The notes below the pieces were generated by a model. It saw only the letters and a list, made by a program, of their open reading frames with translations, made no database searches and was not told the origin of the DNA. Below, piece after piece: positions 29,606 to 39,856 of a stretch of DNA of 64,000 bases (the stretch's first letter is position 1; each line of letters begins with the position of its first letter). The stretch comes from an uncultured delta proteobacterium (lineage in GTDB: Bacteria; Desulfobacterota; Binatia; UBA9968): contig CAVYTU010000013.1 in NCBI GenBank assembly GCA_963771465.1, positions 384,001 through 448,000 on the forward strand, in the 5' to 3' direction. The translations under genes and the position numbers were made by a program.

Positions 29606-30724
29606 CTAATGGATGAATTCGAGAGCGATAGAAAACGCGATCAGCAGGACGATTACCCATTCCAACACTTCCATGCGCCGGTTCGATGCCTGGTCGGAAA
29701 TCTTTTCATAGATGCTTTCTAACGTCTGCAATTTTCGTAGGATGCTGCCGTCCCATTCGTCCAAATGGAAGCGCCGGTTGACCAGGCGATAGACACGGGC
29801 GAGGTATTGGTCGCCCAAAAGTTTCAGCGTGTTGTTAACGCCTTCAAAGAGTATCGCATTGTCGACCTGCAACTCGGCGACGCTGCGCAGGTCGGCGCCG
29901 TAGTAGCCCAATAGGCGCGGCAGGCTGAAAGTACGCTTCGAGAGCGTCTCGTAGGCTTGGTCCAGGGCGCGATCGAGTTTTTGATCGAGATAGCGCATTT
30001 CCAAAAGCTCGACATTGGCATACTCGAGAACCGCACGAACATCGTCACCTTCTCGATCGATGAGCACGGCCGCGTTCCAATCGACGATGGTTAGGTCTTC
30101 CAAACCGTAGGAAATATGTGCAGCGAACGCGTCAGCCACTTCTTGCTCCGACAGCAGGCGCTGCTCAGCGCGCATAACCCGCGCGATCTCCTGACCGTAC
30201 TCGGCGGGGAAACGGTTTAGGTCGACCGCTTCGTCAAACGATGAGATATGAAAGACGACATAGTCTTCAACAACCGGCGAGGAATGAGCTTGCGTTGCCG
30301 CGTCGCCGATGGCCTGGAGTAACTGGCCGACCCGCAGCCGCGAGTCGGCCAGCAATGGCTCATTATCGTAAAGTTCTTCGCTGAGCGTGAGTAATGCTGC
30401 AAATGGCCCGCTGATGTCGACCGTATAAGTCACTGCGACAGCGCCGAAATCGTAAAATAGAAGATCGACGCTAGGCCGCGTGAGAAAGATGCCAAGCTTG
30501 AGCGCTTCAGTATCTTGGGTGAGTCTCAATGGCGCCGGCTGATACTCAAAATAACTGGGAGCCGGCCGCTTGTGCCGCAACGTCGAACGCTCGGTTGCTT
30601 CATGGATGCGTGCTCCCGCCCTATCGAGGTCGATCGAGCGCGCCGCGTCGTAGGCGAACGTGACGTGACACAGACCGCTTTGGATCCTGAGTGGCAGGAG
30701 TTTTTCCAGCGGCGCTGAAGTCAC
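29606..30724 (-). CDS. RMD1/DUF155-like protein with C-terminal TM (start uncertain)
   Basis: YDFGAV, VDWNAA, ELLEMRYLD, GDQYLARVY, MEVLEWVIVLLIAF. Confidence 0.7.
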   Translation of the reverse strand: MTSAPLEKLLPLRIQSGLCHVTFAYDAARSIDLDRAGARIHEATERSTLRHKRPAPSYFEYQPAPLRLTQDTEALKLGIFLTRPSVDLLFYDFGAVAVTYTVDISGPFAALLTLSEELYDNEPLLADSRLRVGQLLQAIGDAATQAHSSPVVEDYVVFHISSFDEAVDLNRFPAEYGQEIARVMRAEQRLLSEQEVADAFAAHISYGLEDLTIVDWNAAVLIDREGDDVRAVLEYANVELLEMRYLDQKLDRALDQAYETLSKRTFSLPRLLGYYGADLRSVAELQVDNAILFEGVNNTLKLLGDQYLARVYRLVNRRFHLDEWDGSILRKLQTLESIYEKISDQASNRRMEVLEWVIVLLIAFSIALEFIH

Positions 30725-30806
30725 GGCAACGACTCTGTTAAGCGGCGAATGCTCATTCGCGGCGCGACGCTCACGTAATCGAGGCGCCGATGGATTTCCC
30801 TTAGCA

Positions 30807-31103
30807 CTAATGCATCTCGGGATTCTCTCCCTGCTGCTCGGTATGAGAACCCCTCTCGCCGGCCGCATCTGTCGTCCCGCAGTATTTGCCGATGATCTCG
30901 CGCCCTTTTCCCACTAAGCCTTCGGTACTCTCATGCAGCTTAGCGCCGGCCTGGTTCAAATACTCCATACCCTTGGCACTGCGCTCGCGAATATATTCGC
31001 GCGACTCCTTACGCGAGAGTAAAACAGATAGCGCACCGCCGATAGCGCCGATGGCCACCGCAATAACTAGGTAGGGCAATTTTGTCGAAGCGTTGTTACT
31101 CAT
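30807..31103 (-). CDS. YtxH-domain protein
   Basis: RBS aggagg; TM GAIGGALSVLLS followed by KESREYIRE. Confidence 0.7.
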   Translation of the reverse strand: MSNNASTKLPYLVIAVAIGAIGGALSVLLSRKESREYIRERSAKGMEYLNQAGAKLHESTEGLVGKGREIIGKYCGTTDAAGERGSHTEQQGENPEMH

Positions 31104-31166
31104 AGCTACCTCCTGAATGGTTTTGACTATCACATTTCGTTTCATTCACTGTTTTATTGAAAGTCC

Positions 31167-31181
31167 GCAAAAGTTATGCCA
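31167..31181 (-). promoter_or_regulatory. sigma54 promoter
   Basis: TGGCAT-AACTT-TTGC. Confidence 0.75.
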
Positions 31182-31349
31182 AAAATTCCATAAATTTGCG
31201 CTCTCGTGGAACTCCGCTGGTGCATTGTCAACCAGCCGGTTCGCAATTCTGAGACGATTCGCCGCTATGTTTTCGCAGCGACGCGATTGATTTTTGTCTT
31301 GGGATTTCAATCAGACTCAGATCAAGCGGAAAATGTAGGAACTTTTTCA

Positions 31350-31364
31350 TGGTTCGCTGTTTGC
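31350..31364 (+). promoter_or_regulatory. sigma54 promoter
   Basis: TGGTTC-GCTGT-TTGC. Confidence 0.55.
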
Positions 31365-31407
31365 TAATATTTTTTTCGTCACCGCGTGCAAAGAAAGGCG
31401 AAAATTT

Positions 31408-31896
31408 ATGGATTCTCAAAAAAGTTGGTCAGATTGGTGGCGCCAGTTCCTTGGACTGTCGCACAATAGCCACCAAGAAGTTGTGAAAATCCTCCAAGAC
31501 CGCTACGCCGACGAGATCCGCCACGCACGACGCTATGCCCAACATGCGGGAAAGATGCAGTATCCGCAGTTCCGAGAAAGATTATTGGCAATTGCGGCGG
31601 ACGAAGCGCGCCATGCGGAATGGCTCGCCAATAAGATCACGCTTTTCGGCGGCAAGCTGCCGCATGTGCTCGAGGTCCACGCGACGGATAAGAATAGCTG
31701 GCAATATTTGCTCGACGATGTCGATGAAGAACTTCCCGGATTGGATGAAATGTTCGAGACGATGCAAAGCCTACGAGACGAGTCGCCGGACGTCGCTAGG
31801 ATGTTGGAGCGCATCTACGAAGACGGCGTAAAACACCGGGCGGAAATTCGGGAAATGCTGATGCGCAGCGATCCGCAGGCGCGAATGACTGAGTGA
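31408..31896 (+). CDS. Ferritin-like domain protein
   Basis: E..H..Y, DEARH, KITLFGG, EDGVKH four-helix pattern. Confidence 0.8.
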   Translation: MDSQKSWSDWWRQFLGLSHNSHQEVVKILQDRYADEIRHARRYAQHAGKMQYPQFRERLLAIAADEARHAEWLANKITLFGGKLPHVLEVHATDKNSWQYLLDDVDEELPGLDEMFETMQSLRDESPDVARMLERIYEDGVKHRAEIREMLMRSDPQARMTE

Positions 31897-32107
31897 GAAA
31901 ATGGGACAACCGACACCACGCCGCGAGAGAATTAGCCGCAATTCTCGCAAAAACGAATTAGATTTACCGCGGTAGTCCGCTCAGTTGCTCTGATTTGCAA
32001 AAGCGCGACGGATTAGTTCAGATTTTTTCACTTTCGCGAATCGTGGCTCCCTTTACACCGACCACGCAGCGATCGAAAAAATTCGCCTGCCGCGCTGAAG
32101 TTTCAAT

Positions 32108-32218
32108 TTAGCTTTTGTTTTCGCCGCCATCTCGTCCCTTGGATACGAGTATAACATGCATGATCAGGGTCAACCCGATCAGCAGCACTAGGTAAAAGAG
32201 TTCGGTTTCGTTTACCAT
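32108..32218 (-). CDS. 36-aa single-TM small protein (below the ORF-track cutoff)
   Basis: MVNETELFYLVLLIGLTLIMHVILVSKGRDGGENKS; RBS GGAGGTGA; has its own sigma54 box. Confidence 0.65.
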   Translation of the reverse strand: MVNETELFYLVLLIGLTLIMHVILVSKGRDGGENKS

Positions 32219-32272
32219 AAGTCACCTCCGGTCAGGTCCGTACGGTGGGTTTGTTCCTCATTGAATTTAAAC

Positions 32273-32287
32273 GCAACGAACGTGCCA
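32273..32287 (-). promoter_or_regulatory. sigma54 promoter
   Basis: TGGCAC-GTTCG-TTGC. Confidence 0.75.
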
Positions 32288-32397
32288 CAGAAACGCGACG
32301 GCGAGTGGCGGAGGTCGAATCAACACCCGACGAGAACAGCGGGGGCCGCATGGTGCACGCGTTTGTATTCGTTTTTCAACAGTGAGAAAAAGGCTGC

Positions 32398-34761
32398 GTG
32401 ACGGATTCGACGGTAGCTAATGACAGCGTTACGGCGAAATTCTTCGCCGGCCCGCGTCACAAGGCTTTCGCTGCTGCCTTGATCAGTCTTTTCCTGCTCA
32501 CAGGGATCTGGTGGGCCGCGCACCTCTGGTACCGCAATGCGATGCTCGCTGAAGCGCGCGGCGACGTGTTGGCTGAACTCGACCCCTTTGGCAACGCGCT
32601 AACGATCGATTTACGCCGCCGTTTCGATTTAATTTATGGACTTAGGGCGTGGGTAGGTACCCACCCGCTGATAACCGATCTTAGCGAGAACTTCGAAGCT
32701 TTCGCACGCCAGCTAACCGAAGACGTCACCGGCATTCGCAACCTAAACGTCGCGCCAGGTGGCACGGTCCGTTTTGTTTATCCGCGGGCGGGCAATGAAG
32801 CGAGTGTCAGCCGCGAGCTTTTCAACGACTCCCGGGTTGAGGTTCGCGAAGACATCGCACGGGCCGTAAAGTCGCGCAAAATGGTGATCAGCGGACCTTT
32901 TGAGGTTGGCGGCTTTGGCACCGTGGCTCGCCTGGCGATCTTTCGTGATGAGAGTTTCTGGGGTTTGATCAACGTCGCAATCGACATTCCGCCGGTGATG
33001 GCAGAGGCAAGAATCGCCTCGCAAAAAAACTTGCAAATGGCTCTGAGAGATTCGCGCGGCCGGGTCTTTTTCGGAGCGCCGACCGTTTTTAATTCTGCCC
33101 CGGTGATCCATCGTGTGGAATTGCCGGATGGCCATTGGGAGCTTGCCGCGATTCCGGTCATGGGATGGAACGGCGCTATTCGCCGTGATTTGTGGATATT
33201 CGATATTGGCGCCCTTGCGATCACACTGTTGTTGAGCGCGGTCGCTTATCTGATAGCCTTTCGCGACGCGCGCTTGTACGCCCGAGTCGGGGAGCGCACG
33301 GGCTCGCTCAATGCAGAACTATCGCATCGAAACATAATTGAAACTCAACTCAGGGCGGCTGAGGATCGTTACCGCTCTTTGGTTGAGCTCAATCCTGACG
33401 CCGTGCTGGTCAATTTTAACCGGAAGATTGTTTTCGCCAACGATGCGGCGCTGCGATTGTTCGGCGGGAAGTTGCACGATCTCCTAGGCCGTTCGCCGTT
33501 GGATTTTGTCCTGCCAGACGAGCGAGCAGCAGTAGAGCAACAGTACCAGCGGGCTTTGGAATCCGGCGCACCTACCCAACCGGATATTCAGCGCAGAGTG
33601 CGTTTGGATGGTTCCTTTGTTGATGTGGAGACGGTCGGCGCGCCGTTGGCTTGGGAAGGCGGCGCCGCGGTGCAGATCATCATGCGCGATGTCACCGAGC
33701 AGCGAAAGGCAGAGCGCTCGCTGCATATCCTGATCGAAACTACCCAGGATGCCGTTATATCCATCGATCGCCGGGCGCAGATCGTCATGTTCAATGCCGC
33801 GGCGGAGCGAGTCTTCGGCTACAACAGGGCGGAAGTCGCCGGCGAGAAAGTTAACATGCTCATGGCCCAACCGTTCGCGACCGAGCATGACGGCTACATC
33901 GCGCGCTATGAAGCGACCGGCGAACCGCGCGCCATCGGCCGCATCCGCACGGTCAGCGCGCGGCGTAAAAACGGCGAAATTTTTCCCATCGAGCTGTCGG
34001 TGACGCAGATCGCAACGGGGGAAGAGATAAATTACGCGGCGTTCATCCGTGACATTTCGGAAAAAGTGAAGCTGCAACAACAAGCCGTCGAGAGCGAAAG
34101 GCTTGCCACCATCGGTACCATGGCGGCGAAGTTCGGCCACGAGCTCGGTAACCCGTTGAACGGCATGTCATTGACGATCCAACTTTTGGAACAGCGCTTG
34201 AGAAAACAGGCGGCGACGTCGGATGAGCAAGTTGCGTCGACATTGTCGCGACTGAAGAGCGAGATCTCTCGTTTGAATACTCTGCTGCAAGATTTTCGTT
34301 CTTTATCGCGGAAAGAAAATTACAATTTTCAGCCCATCAGCGTAGCCGCGTTGGTCGGCGAGGCGATCGAGATCGAGCTGCCGCGTTATGTCGAGCAAGG
34401 CGTAAACGTCGAGTCTAGCTTCACGACCGATCTGCCGCCGATCACCGTGGACATCGACAAAATGAAGCAGGTGATTTTGAATCTCGCTAAGAATGCAATC
34501 GAGGCCATGCCACATGGGGGCAAACTGTGGTTCAAAGGAGTGGCCACCAATGGCGCGGTGACCCTAGACATCTCAGACACGGGCGCGGGTATTCCACCAG
34601 GGGTCGATATCTTCGAGCCGTTCTTTACGACCAAGTCGTTCGGCACGGGCATCGGCATGACCATCGTGCGTCAGATTATCGCGGCTCATGGCGGCAGCGT
34701 AAGTTACCGCAGTGAACCGGGGCAAGGCACGACTTTTTCTATCAAATTACCGATAGGCTGA
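32398..34761 (+). CDS. CHASE-PAS-PAS sensor histidine kinase with FixL-like heme PAS
   Basis: Two TMs flanking a CHASE-like domain; second PAS has EHDGYIARY..TGEPRAIGRIR; HELGNPL, NLAKNA, DTGAG, FFTTK..GTGIG. Confidence 0.88.
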   Translation: MTDSTVANDSVTAKFFAGPRHKAFAAALISLFLLTGIWWAAHLWYRNAMLAEARGDVLAELDPFGNALTIDLRRRFDLIYGLRAWVGTHPLITDLSENFEAFARQLTEDVTGIRNLNVAPGGTVRFVYPRAGNEASVSRELFNDSRVEVREDIARAVKSRKMVISGPFEVGGFGTVARLAIFRDESFWGLINVAIDIPPVMAEARIASQKNLQMALRDSRGRVFFGAPTVFNSAPVIHRVELPDGHWELAAIPVMGWNGAIRRDLWIFDIGALAITLLLSAVAYLIAFRDARLYARVGERTGSLNAELSHRNIIETQLRAAEDRYRSLVELNPDAVLVNFNRKIVFANDAALRLFGGKLHDLLGRSPLDFVLPDERAAVEQQYQRALESGAPTQPDIQRRVRLDGSFVDVETVGAPLAWEGGAAVQIIMRDVTEQRKAERSLHILIETTQDAVISIDRRAQIVMFNAAAERVFGYNRAEVAGEKVNMLMAQPFATEHDGYIARYEATGEPRAIGRIRTVSARRKNGEIFPIELSVTQIATGEEINYAAFIRDISEKVKLQQQAVESERLATIGTMAAKFGHELGNPLNGMSLTIQLLEQRLRKQAATSDEQVASTLSRLKSEISRLNTLLQDFRSLSRKENYNFQPISVAALVGEAIEIELPRYVEQGVNVESSFTTDLPPITVDIDKMKQVILNLAKNAIEAMPHGGKLWFKGVATNGAVTLDISDTGAGIPPGVDIFEPFFTTKSFGTGIGMTIVRQIIAAHGGSVSYRSEPGQGTTFSIKLPIG

Positions 34762-34783
34762 TCGTCGTTCTGGCGAACTGCCA

Positions 34784-34798
34784 TGGCCTATGAATTGC
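34784..34798 (+). promoter_or_regulatory. sigma54 promoter
   Basis: TGGCCT-ATGAA-TTGC upstream of the regulator gene. Confidence 0.6.
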
Positions 34799-34899
34799 TG
34801 ATTCAAGTAAACATGAAAGGATCGTGCGAATTCACGCCAGTCGATTTGCATCGATGAGAAAAACCCATATCGATTTCGCACTTGTGGGAAAATAATTCA

Positions 34900-36258
34900 A
34901 TGGGTCCAAGTGGCAATATACTAGTCGTCGAGGACCAAGAGAGCGCCCGGGATAGTCTCGTCGATCTGCTGCGCGGTGAAGGCTACGATGTCCACGAGGC
35001 GGCGGATGGCAATCAAGGGATAGCCAAGATCAATCAACTCGATCTCGATGTCGTGTTGACCGATCTGATGATGCCGGGAGCGGACGGCCTCGCAGTGCTC
35101 AAACATGTCAGCGAGTTCTCGCCGCAGACTTTAGTCATCCTCATGACCGCTCATGCATCGGTGGAGACCGCTATCGAGGCGATTCGCGCGGGCGCTCAAG
35201 ACTATCTCTTAAAGCCGCTGGTGTTCGAAGAGGTGTTGCGCAAGATTCAAACTCTCATGAGCCATCGACAGATGGCTTGGGAAAACCAGCTGCTTAGGCG
35301 CGAAGTCAGCGGCCATTTCGCGCCGGACCGCCCGCTGGGGCGAAGTCCTTCGATGCAGGACATCGTCAAGATGATCATGAAAGTAGCGCCGACGCCGACG
35401 ACGGTTCTCATCAGCGGCGAGAGCGGTGTCGGCAAGGAAGTGGTCGCGCGGACGATTCACGCAAACAGCTCGGGCAAGGACAATGTGTTCCTGCCGGTAA
35501 ATTGCAGCGCGATCCCGGAGAATCTTTTGGAGAGCCAGTTGTTTGGCCACATGAAAGGTTCGTTCACTGGCGCGGTGAACTCGCAAGAAGGCTTGTTCCA
35601 ACGCGCCCGCGGCGGCACGATCTTTCTCGACGAGATCGGCGAGATGCCGCTGAGCTTGCAGCCCAAGCTGCTGCGCGTCCTTGAGGAAAAAACCGTGTTG
35701 CCGGTCGGTTCGACGACACCGGTAAAAGTAAATGTGCGCATTCTCGCCGCTTCCAATCGTGACCTCAAAGCGGAAGTCGAAGCGGGACGCTTCAGCGAAG
35801 ATCTCTACTATCGGCTCTGTGTTTTCGAGATCGACATCCCGCCGCTGCGCAAGCGGCTCGAAGACTTGCCGGCGCTGGTGGAGCATCTGATCCACCGGCA
35901 TAATCTCGAGATGAAAACGAGCTACAAAGGCGTCGATAGCGCGACCATGCGGATTCTCATGTCGCTTCCGTGGAAGGGCAATATCCGGGAGCTCGACAAT
36001 GTGCTCGAGCGCGCCATGATTCTCGGTAACGGTGAATGGATCGCGCCGCCCGATCTGCCGGGCCATGGCTCGGCGGCTGCCGATGGCGAATATGTTGCCG
36101 AGGACAATCTGACTAAGGCCATCGAGCTCTACGAGAAAACTCACATCGAACGGACCCTCGGGAAAACCGCCGGCGACAAGATCCGCGCCGCCGAACTGCT
36201 GGGGCTCAGTCTATCGACGCTCTATCGGAAGATCGAGAAACTGGAGATCGAGGGATAG
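34900..36258 (+). CDS. NtrC-family sigma54-dependent response regulator
   Basis: Receiver domain (ED, D, KP), GESGVGKE, ESQLFGHMKGSFTGA, FLDEIGE, WKGNIREL, Fis-type HTH. Confidence 0.95.
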   Translation: MGPSGNILVVEDQESARDSLVDLLRGEGYDVHEAADGNQGIAKINQLDLDVVLTDLMMPGADGLAVLKHVSEFSPQTLVILMTAHASVETAIEAIRAGAQDYLLKPLVFEEVLRKIQTLMSHRQMAWENQLLRREVSGHFAPDRPLGRSPSMQDIVKMIMKVAPTPTTVLISGESGVGKEVVARTIHANSSGKDNVFLPVNCSAIPENLLESQLFGHMKGSFTGAVNSQEGLFQRARGGTIFLDEIGEMPLSLQPKLLRVLEEKTVLPVGSTTPVKVNVRILAASNRDLKAEVEAGRFSEDLYYRLCVFEIDIPPLRKRLEDLPALVEHLIHRHNLEMKTSYKGVDSATMRILMSLPWKGNIRELDNVLERAMILGNGEWIAPPDLPGHGSAAADGEYVAEDNLTKAIELYEKTHIERTLGKTAGDKIRAAELLGLSLSTLYRKIEKLEIEG

Positions 36259-36328
36259 CCTGCCGCTTAATGTCGGTCGCGCCGGATTGCCGAGGCGTTA
36301 TCGACTCAGGGAGTGAAACGCGATCCTG

Positions 36329-37114
36329 CTACTTCGTCGGACCGGTCGCTTTCGCGTTGGCGAACATTTGGGTGACGACGTCGACGGGTACAGGCAACAC
36401 AACGGTGTGATTATTTTCCGCCGCCACCTGGACTAAACTCTGCAAAAAGCGCAAATGCATAGCCATAGGTTGCTGGGCGATAACGCCGGCCGCGTCGGCT
36501 AACTTCTGCGATGCCTCAAACTCGCCCTCAGCATGAATGATCTTGGCGCGCCGTTCGCGCTCCGCCTCCGCTTGCTTGGCCATGGCGCGCTGCATTTCTT
36601 GGGGCAAATCGATATGCTTGAGCTCGACCAAGACGACTTTCACGCCCCAGGGTTCCGTTTGGGCGTCTAGGATGGTTTGGATTCTGGCGTTGATCTTTTC
36701 TCTTTCGGCGAGCAACTCATCGAGTTCTCCCTGGCCGCAGACGCTGCGTAAGGTCACTTGAGCGAGCTGCGACGTGGCAAACAGATAGTTCTCGACTTCA
36801 CGAATCGCGCGGGTCGGATCCAGGACTCGGAAATAGAGCACCGCGCTTACTTTGACCGAGACATTGTCTCGAGTGATGACATCCTGGGGCGGCACGTCCA
36901 GGGTCACCGTGCGCAGCTCGACGCGCACCATCTTCTCAATCCAGGGAATCACGTAAGTAATCCCCGGGCCGCGCGACGCGACCAGCCGTCCCAAGCGAAA
37001 GATGACCGCGCGCTGATATTCCTTGAGGATCTTGACGCCGCTGAACAGTACAATGGCGGCGATGGCGAATACGATTCCGGCCGGACCGAGAATTTGTCGA
37101 ATGATCTCTAGCAT
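36329..37114 (-). CDS. SPFH/stomatin (slipin) family protein
   Basis: [39 protein letters not shown]. Confidence 0.93.
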   Translation of the reverse strand: MLEIIRQILGPAGIVFAIAAIVLFSGVKILKEYQRAVIFRLGRLVASRGPGITYVIPWIEKMVRVELRTVTLDVPPQDVITRDNVSVKVSAVLYFRVLDPTRAIREVENYLFATSQLAQVTLRSVCGQGELDELLAEREKINARIQTILDAQTEPWGVKVVLVELKHIDLPQEMQRAMAKQAEAERERRAKIIHAEGEFEASQKLADAAGVIAQQPMAMHLRFLQSLVQVAAENNHTVVLPVPVDVVTQMFANAKATGPTK

Positions 37115-37259
37115 GATCTTGCCTTCAATCTTGGTTCAACTCGCTTAATCTTTGAATAGATCGATCCCGCTGTTTTGCGCTTCGGCATCGTGAAAATCGT
37201 CCCCGGCCTTGATCCCCACACTACTATTTACCCCTGCTCCTGGCCAGCGCGTTGCCTGA

Positions 37260-37688
37260 CTATTCTTGAATATGTTGCAGGTAGAAAACCAGGCCCAAGA
37301 TGCGGCCCGCCGCTTGGGATTTTGCCCCAGGATCGTTGCCGCCGGATTCAACGCGAAAGCGCGGACCCCACACTGGCATTTGGCTCATGCTATGACCGCG
37401 CACTTCTTCGCGTCCGTCGATGGTGCGGTAAACCTGCCAGAAAGGAAATTTGTCGCGTACTTCTTTAGACAATTGCGTCAGGTTGGCCGGCGGTAAGGTG
37501 AGATATTTGCTCATGATGCCGGTGCCGCTGGCCTCAACACCGTGGCACACGGCGCCATGGCTTTGATACCCGAGCTCGCCGCCGGCGATCACTTCTAGTT
37601 CTTGGGCCGTGGCCCTCGGCGACGGCGCCGACAATACGAAGATTAGCGCCAGCAGAATTCCACTCGCCATGAGGATCGCTAATTTCAT
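37260..37688 (-). CDS. Cytochrome c-like protein with degenerate heme motif
   Basis: Signal peptide; GAVCHG in place of CxxCH; PANLT, IDGR, MPVWG. Confidence 0.7.
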   Translation of the reverse strand: MKLAILMASGILLALIFVLSAPSPRATAQELEVIAGGELGYQSHGAVCHGVEASGTGIMSKYLTLPPANLTQLSKEVRDKFPFWQVYRTIDGREEVRGHSMSQMPVWGPRFRVESGGNDPGAKSQAAGRILGLVFYLQHIQE

Positions 37689-37791
37689 TTTAATTCTCCA
37701 CTGACCGCGAATGGAAACTGAGCCATTGAGAGACCAGAGGATTTGACCAGTCAGAGTCGTATGCTGTAAGCGGTTTGCTCTCGTGTATTTG

Positions 37792-37840
37792 ACTCGCATG
37801 ATTGCGAGAAAACGCCAGCGGGTTTTTCAATTCTACGAAT
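37792..37840. promoter_or_regulatory. Tandem enhancer-like palindromes
   Basis: ACTCGCA-TGAT-TGCGAGA (37792) and TTTTTCA-ATTC-TACGAAT (37823), 31 bp apart. Confidence 0.55.
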
Positions 37841-37878
37841 TCAGCGCGCTTGAATGTTGAAAATTCACGCCTCATGGA

Positions 37879-37893
37879 TGGCACAGCCATTGC
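37879..37893 (+). promoter_or_regulatory. sigma54 promoter
   Basis: TGGCAC-AGCCA-TTGC. Confidence 0.8.
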
Positions 37894-37949
37894 GGAATGA
37901 ACTTATCAGTGGGTGAAGATAGCGACCGCAGTGGAGTCGAGGAGGAGAT

Positions 37950-38855
37950 ATGTATAGCAAAGTGCTGATACCGTTGGACGGTTCTAAGACGGCAGAAAAG
38001 GTCCTGCCTTACGCTCGGTACCTGGCGCACAAATTCAAAATCCCCGTCGAACTATTGGCGGTGATCGATATCGCCGAAATGGCTACCCATGTCTCAGCGG
38101 AAAAGATTCGTCACCTCGACACTTTGGTCGAAGACGGCGTGCGCGCCAGCACGACCTATTTACGCGGCATCGCGACGACGTTTCGCTACGCCAATGTGAC
38201 ATGCACGGTGGAGAAGGACCGCGCCGAAAACGCGATCATCGGTAAAGGTGAAACCGACAGCGCGATGTTGATCGCCATGGCGACCCACGGCCGCTCCGGC
38301 TTGAATCGCTTCTTGCTCGGTAGCGTGGCGGAGAAAGTTTTGCGCGGCACCGTCAATCCGTTGCTCTTGGTGCGCGCGACCGAGGCAGCGAAGGCCGAGG
38401 GCGAAGTGGTGTTTAGATCGGTCGTGGTGCCGCTGGATGGTTCCGAACTCGCCGAAAGCGTCATTCCCATGATGGCAGATGTCGCCAAAGCGTTGGATCT
38501 CGAAGTCGTGCTGTTTCGCGCCTATCAAACCCCGTATAACGCCTACGCGGGCGCCGATCGCTACTTCGCCGTCAATTACGATGAACTGATTGCCGGCGCG
38601 CGCGATGAGGCCAACGAGTATCTCGAAAAGAAAGTCGCAGACGTCAAGAAGCTCGGCGTCGCGAAAGTCTCGGCAATGATCAAAGAAGGGTTCGCCGGCG
38701 ATGAGATCATCGCCGCGGGGCGCAAGATACCGAACAGCGTGATCGCCATGTGCTCCCACGGCTATTCCGGTGTTAAGCGCTGGATGCTCGGCAGCGTCAC
38801 CGAAACCGTGGTACGCCACGCGGGAGAACCAGTGCTGATCAGTCGCCCCGGTTGA
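37950..38855 (+). CDS. Tandem-domain universal stress protein
   Basis: PLDGS twice; MATHGRSG..LGSVAEKV. Confidence 0.92.
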   Translation: MYSKVLIPLDGSKTAEKVLPYARYLAHKFKIPVELLAVIDIAEMATHVSAEKIRHLDTLVEDGVRASTTYLRGIATTFRYANVTCTVEKDRAENAIIGKGETDSAMLIAMATHGRSGLNRFLLGSVAEKVLRGTVNPLLLVRATEAAKAEGEVVFRSVVVPLDGSELAESVIPMMADVAKALDLEVVLFRAYQTPYNAYAGADRYFAVNYDELIAGARDEANEYLEKKVADVKKLGVAKVSAMIKEGFAGDEIIAAGRKIPNSVIAMCSHGYSGVKRWMLGSVTETVVRHAGEPVLISRPG

Positions 38856-38884
38856 TATACAACCAGGAATGAAGGAGCAGAGCT

Positions 38885-39856
38885 ATGTATTCGAAGATCC
38901 TTGTGCCGCTGGACGGTTCCAAGACGGCAGAAAACGTGCTGCCCTATGCTCGTTGTTTTGCCCGGAGTCTACAGGTGCCGGTCGAGTTGATGGCCGTAGT
39001 GGATTCAGTTGAGATGGCGCGTAACGTCTCGGCGGCCGAGAGTCTGTGTTCAGACACGCTGATCGACGACGAGATTCGAAGGTGTGGCAATTACTTGCAA
39101 CAGGTGACCAATAACTTTCCCGTCAATGGGGCGCGATGCACGGTGGAAAAGGGAAAGGCAGCTGACGTCATCATCGAATCGGCTGCAGCGCAGAGAAAAA
39201 CGCTAATCGCCATGGCAACTCATGGACGCTCCGGTCTCAATCGCTGGCTGTTGGGCAGCGTGGCGGAAAAAGTTCTACGAGGCACCTCAAATCCATTGCT
39301 CCTGGTGAGAGCGAAGCAGCAAACCCCGCCGTGGGAAATGGCGGCATTGAAGCGAGTCATTGTTCCGCTCGATGGGTCGGAGTTGTCGGAACGAGTTTTG
39401 CCCTACGTTGAAGCATTGGCAAACCATCTTGATTTGGAAGTGACCCTGTTCGGTGTCTACGGCATTCCCTTGGTCGCCGGTGGAACCGGCGAAGGTTTTT
39501 ATAATTCCGATCAGATGGACGCACTCATTGCCGGGGTCCGTGCCGAAACCGTGACGTATCTCGCAGTTAAGACCGAAGAGTTGAAACAGAAAGGCTTCAA
39601 CAAAGTCTCGTTCAAAGCTAAAGAGGGTCTCGTAGCGGACGGTATTATTGCAATGGCGCGAGAGACTCCCGACACTCTAATCGCGATGTGTTCCCACGGC
39701 CGTACCGGCGTGAAGCGTTGGGTGCTGGGGAGTGTAACCGAAACGGTGGTGCGTCATTCGGACAACGCCGTTTTGGTTATACCGCCGGGAGCGGACTTTC
39801 CTCACCGTAAGACAAATCACCTAGCACAGAAAGGAATCTCGTATGGCGCTGCTTAA
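38885..39856 (+). CDS. Tandem-domain universal stress protein (paralog of 37950)
   Basis: PLDGS twice; MCSHGRTG..LGSVTETVV. Confidence 0.92.
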   Translation: MYSKILVPLDGSKTAENVLPYARCFARSLQVPVELMAVVDSVEMARNVSAAESLCSDTLIDDEIRRCGNYLQQVTNNFPVNGARCTVEKGKAADVIIESAAAQRKTLIAMATHGRSGLNRWLLGSVAEKVLRGTSNPLLLVRAKQQTPPWEMAALKRVIVPLDGSELSERVLPYVEALANHLDLEVTLFGVYGIPLVAGGTGEGFYNSDQMDALIAGVRAETVTYLAVKTEELKQKGFNKVSFKAKEGLVADGIIAMARETPDTLIAMCSHGRTGVKRWVLGSVTETVVRHSDNAVLVIPPGADFPHRKTNHLAQKGISYGAA

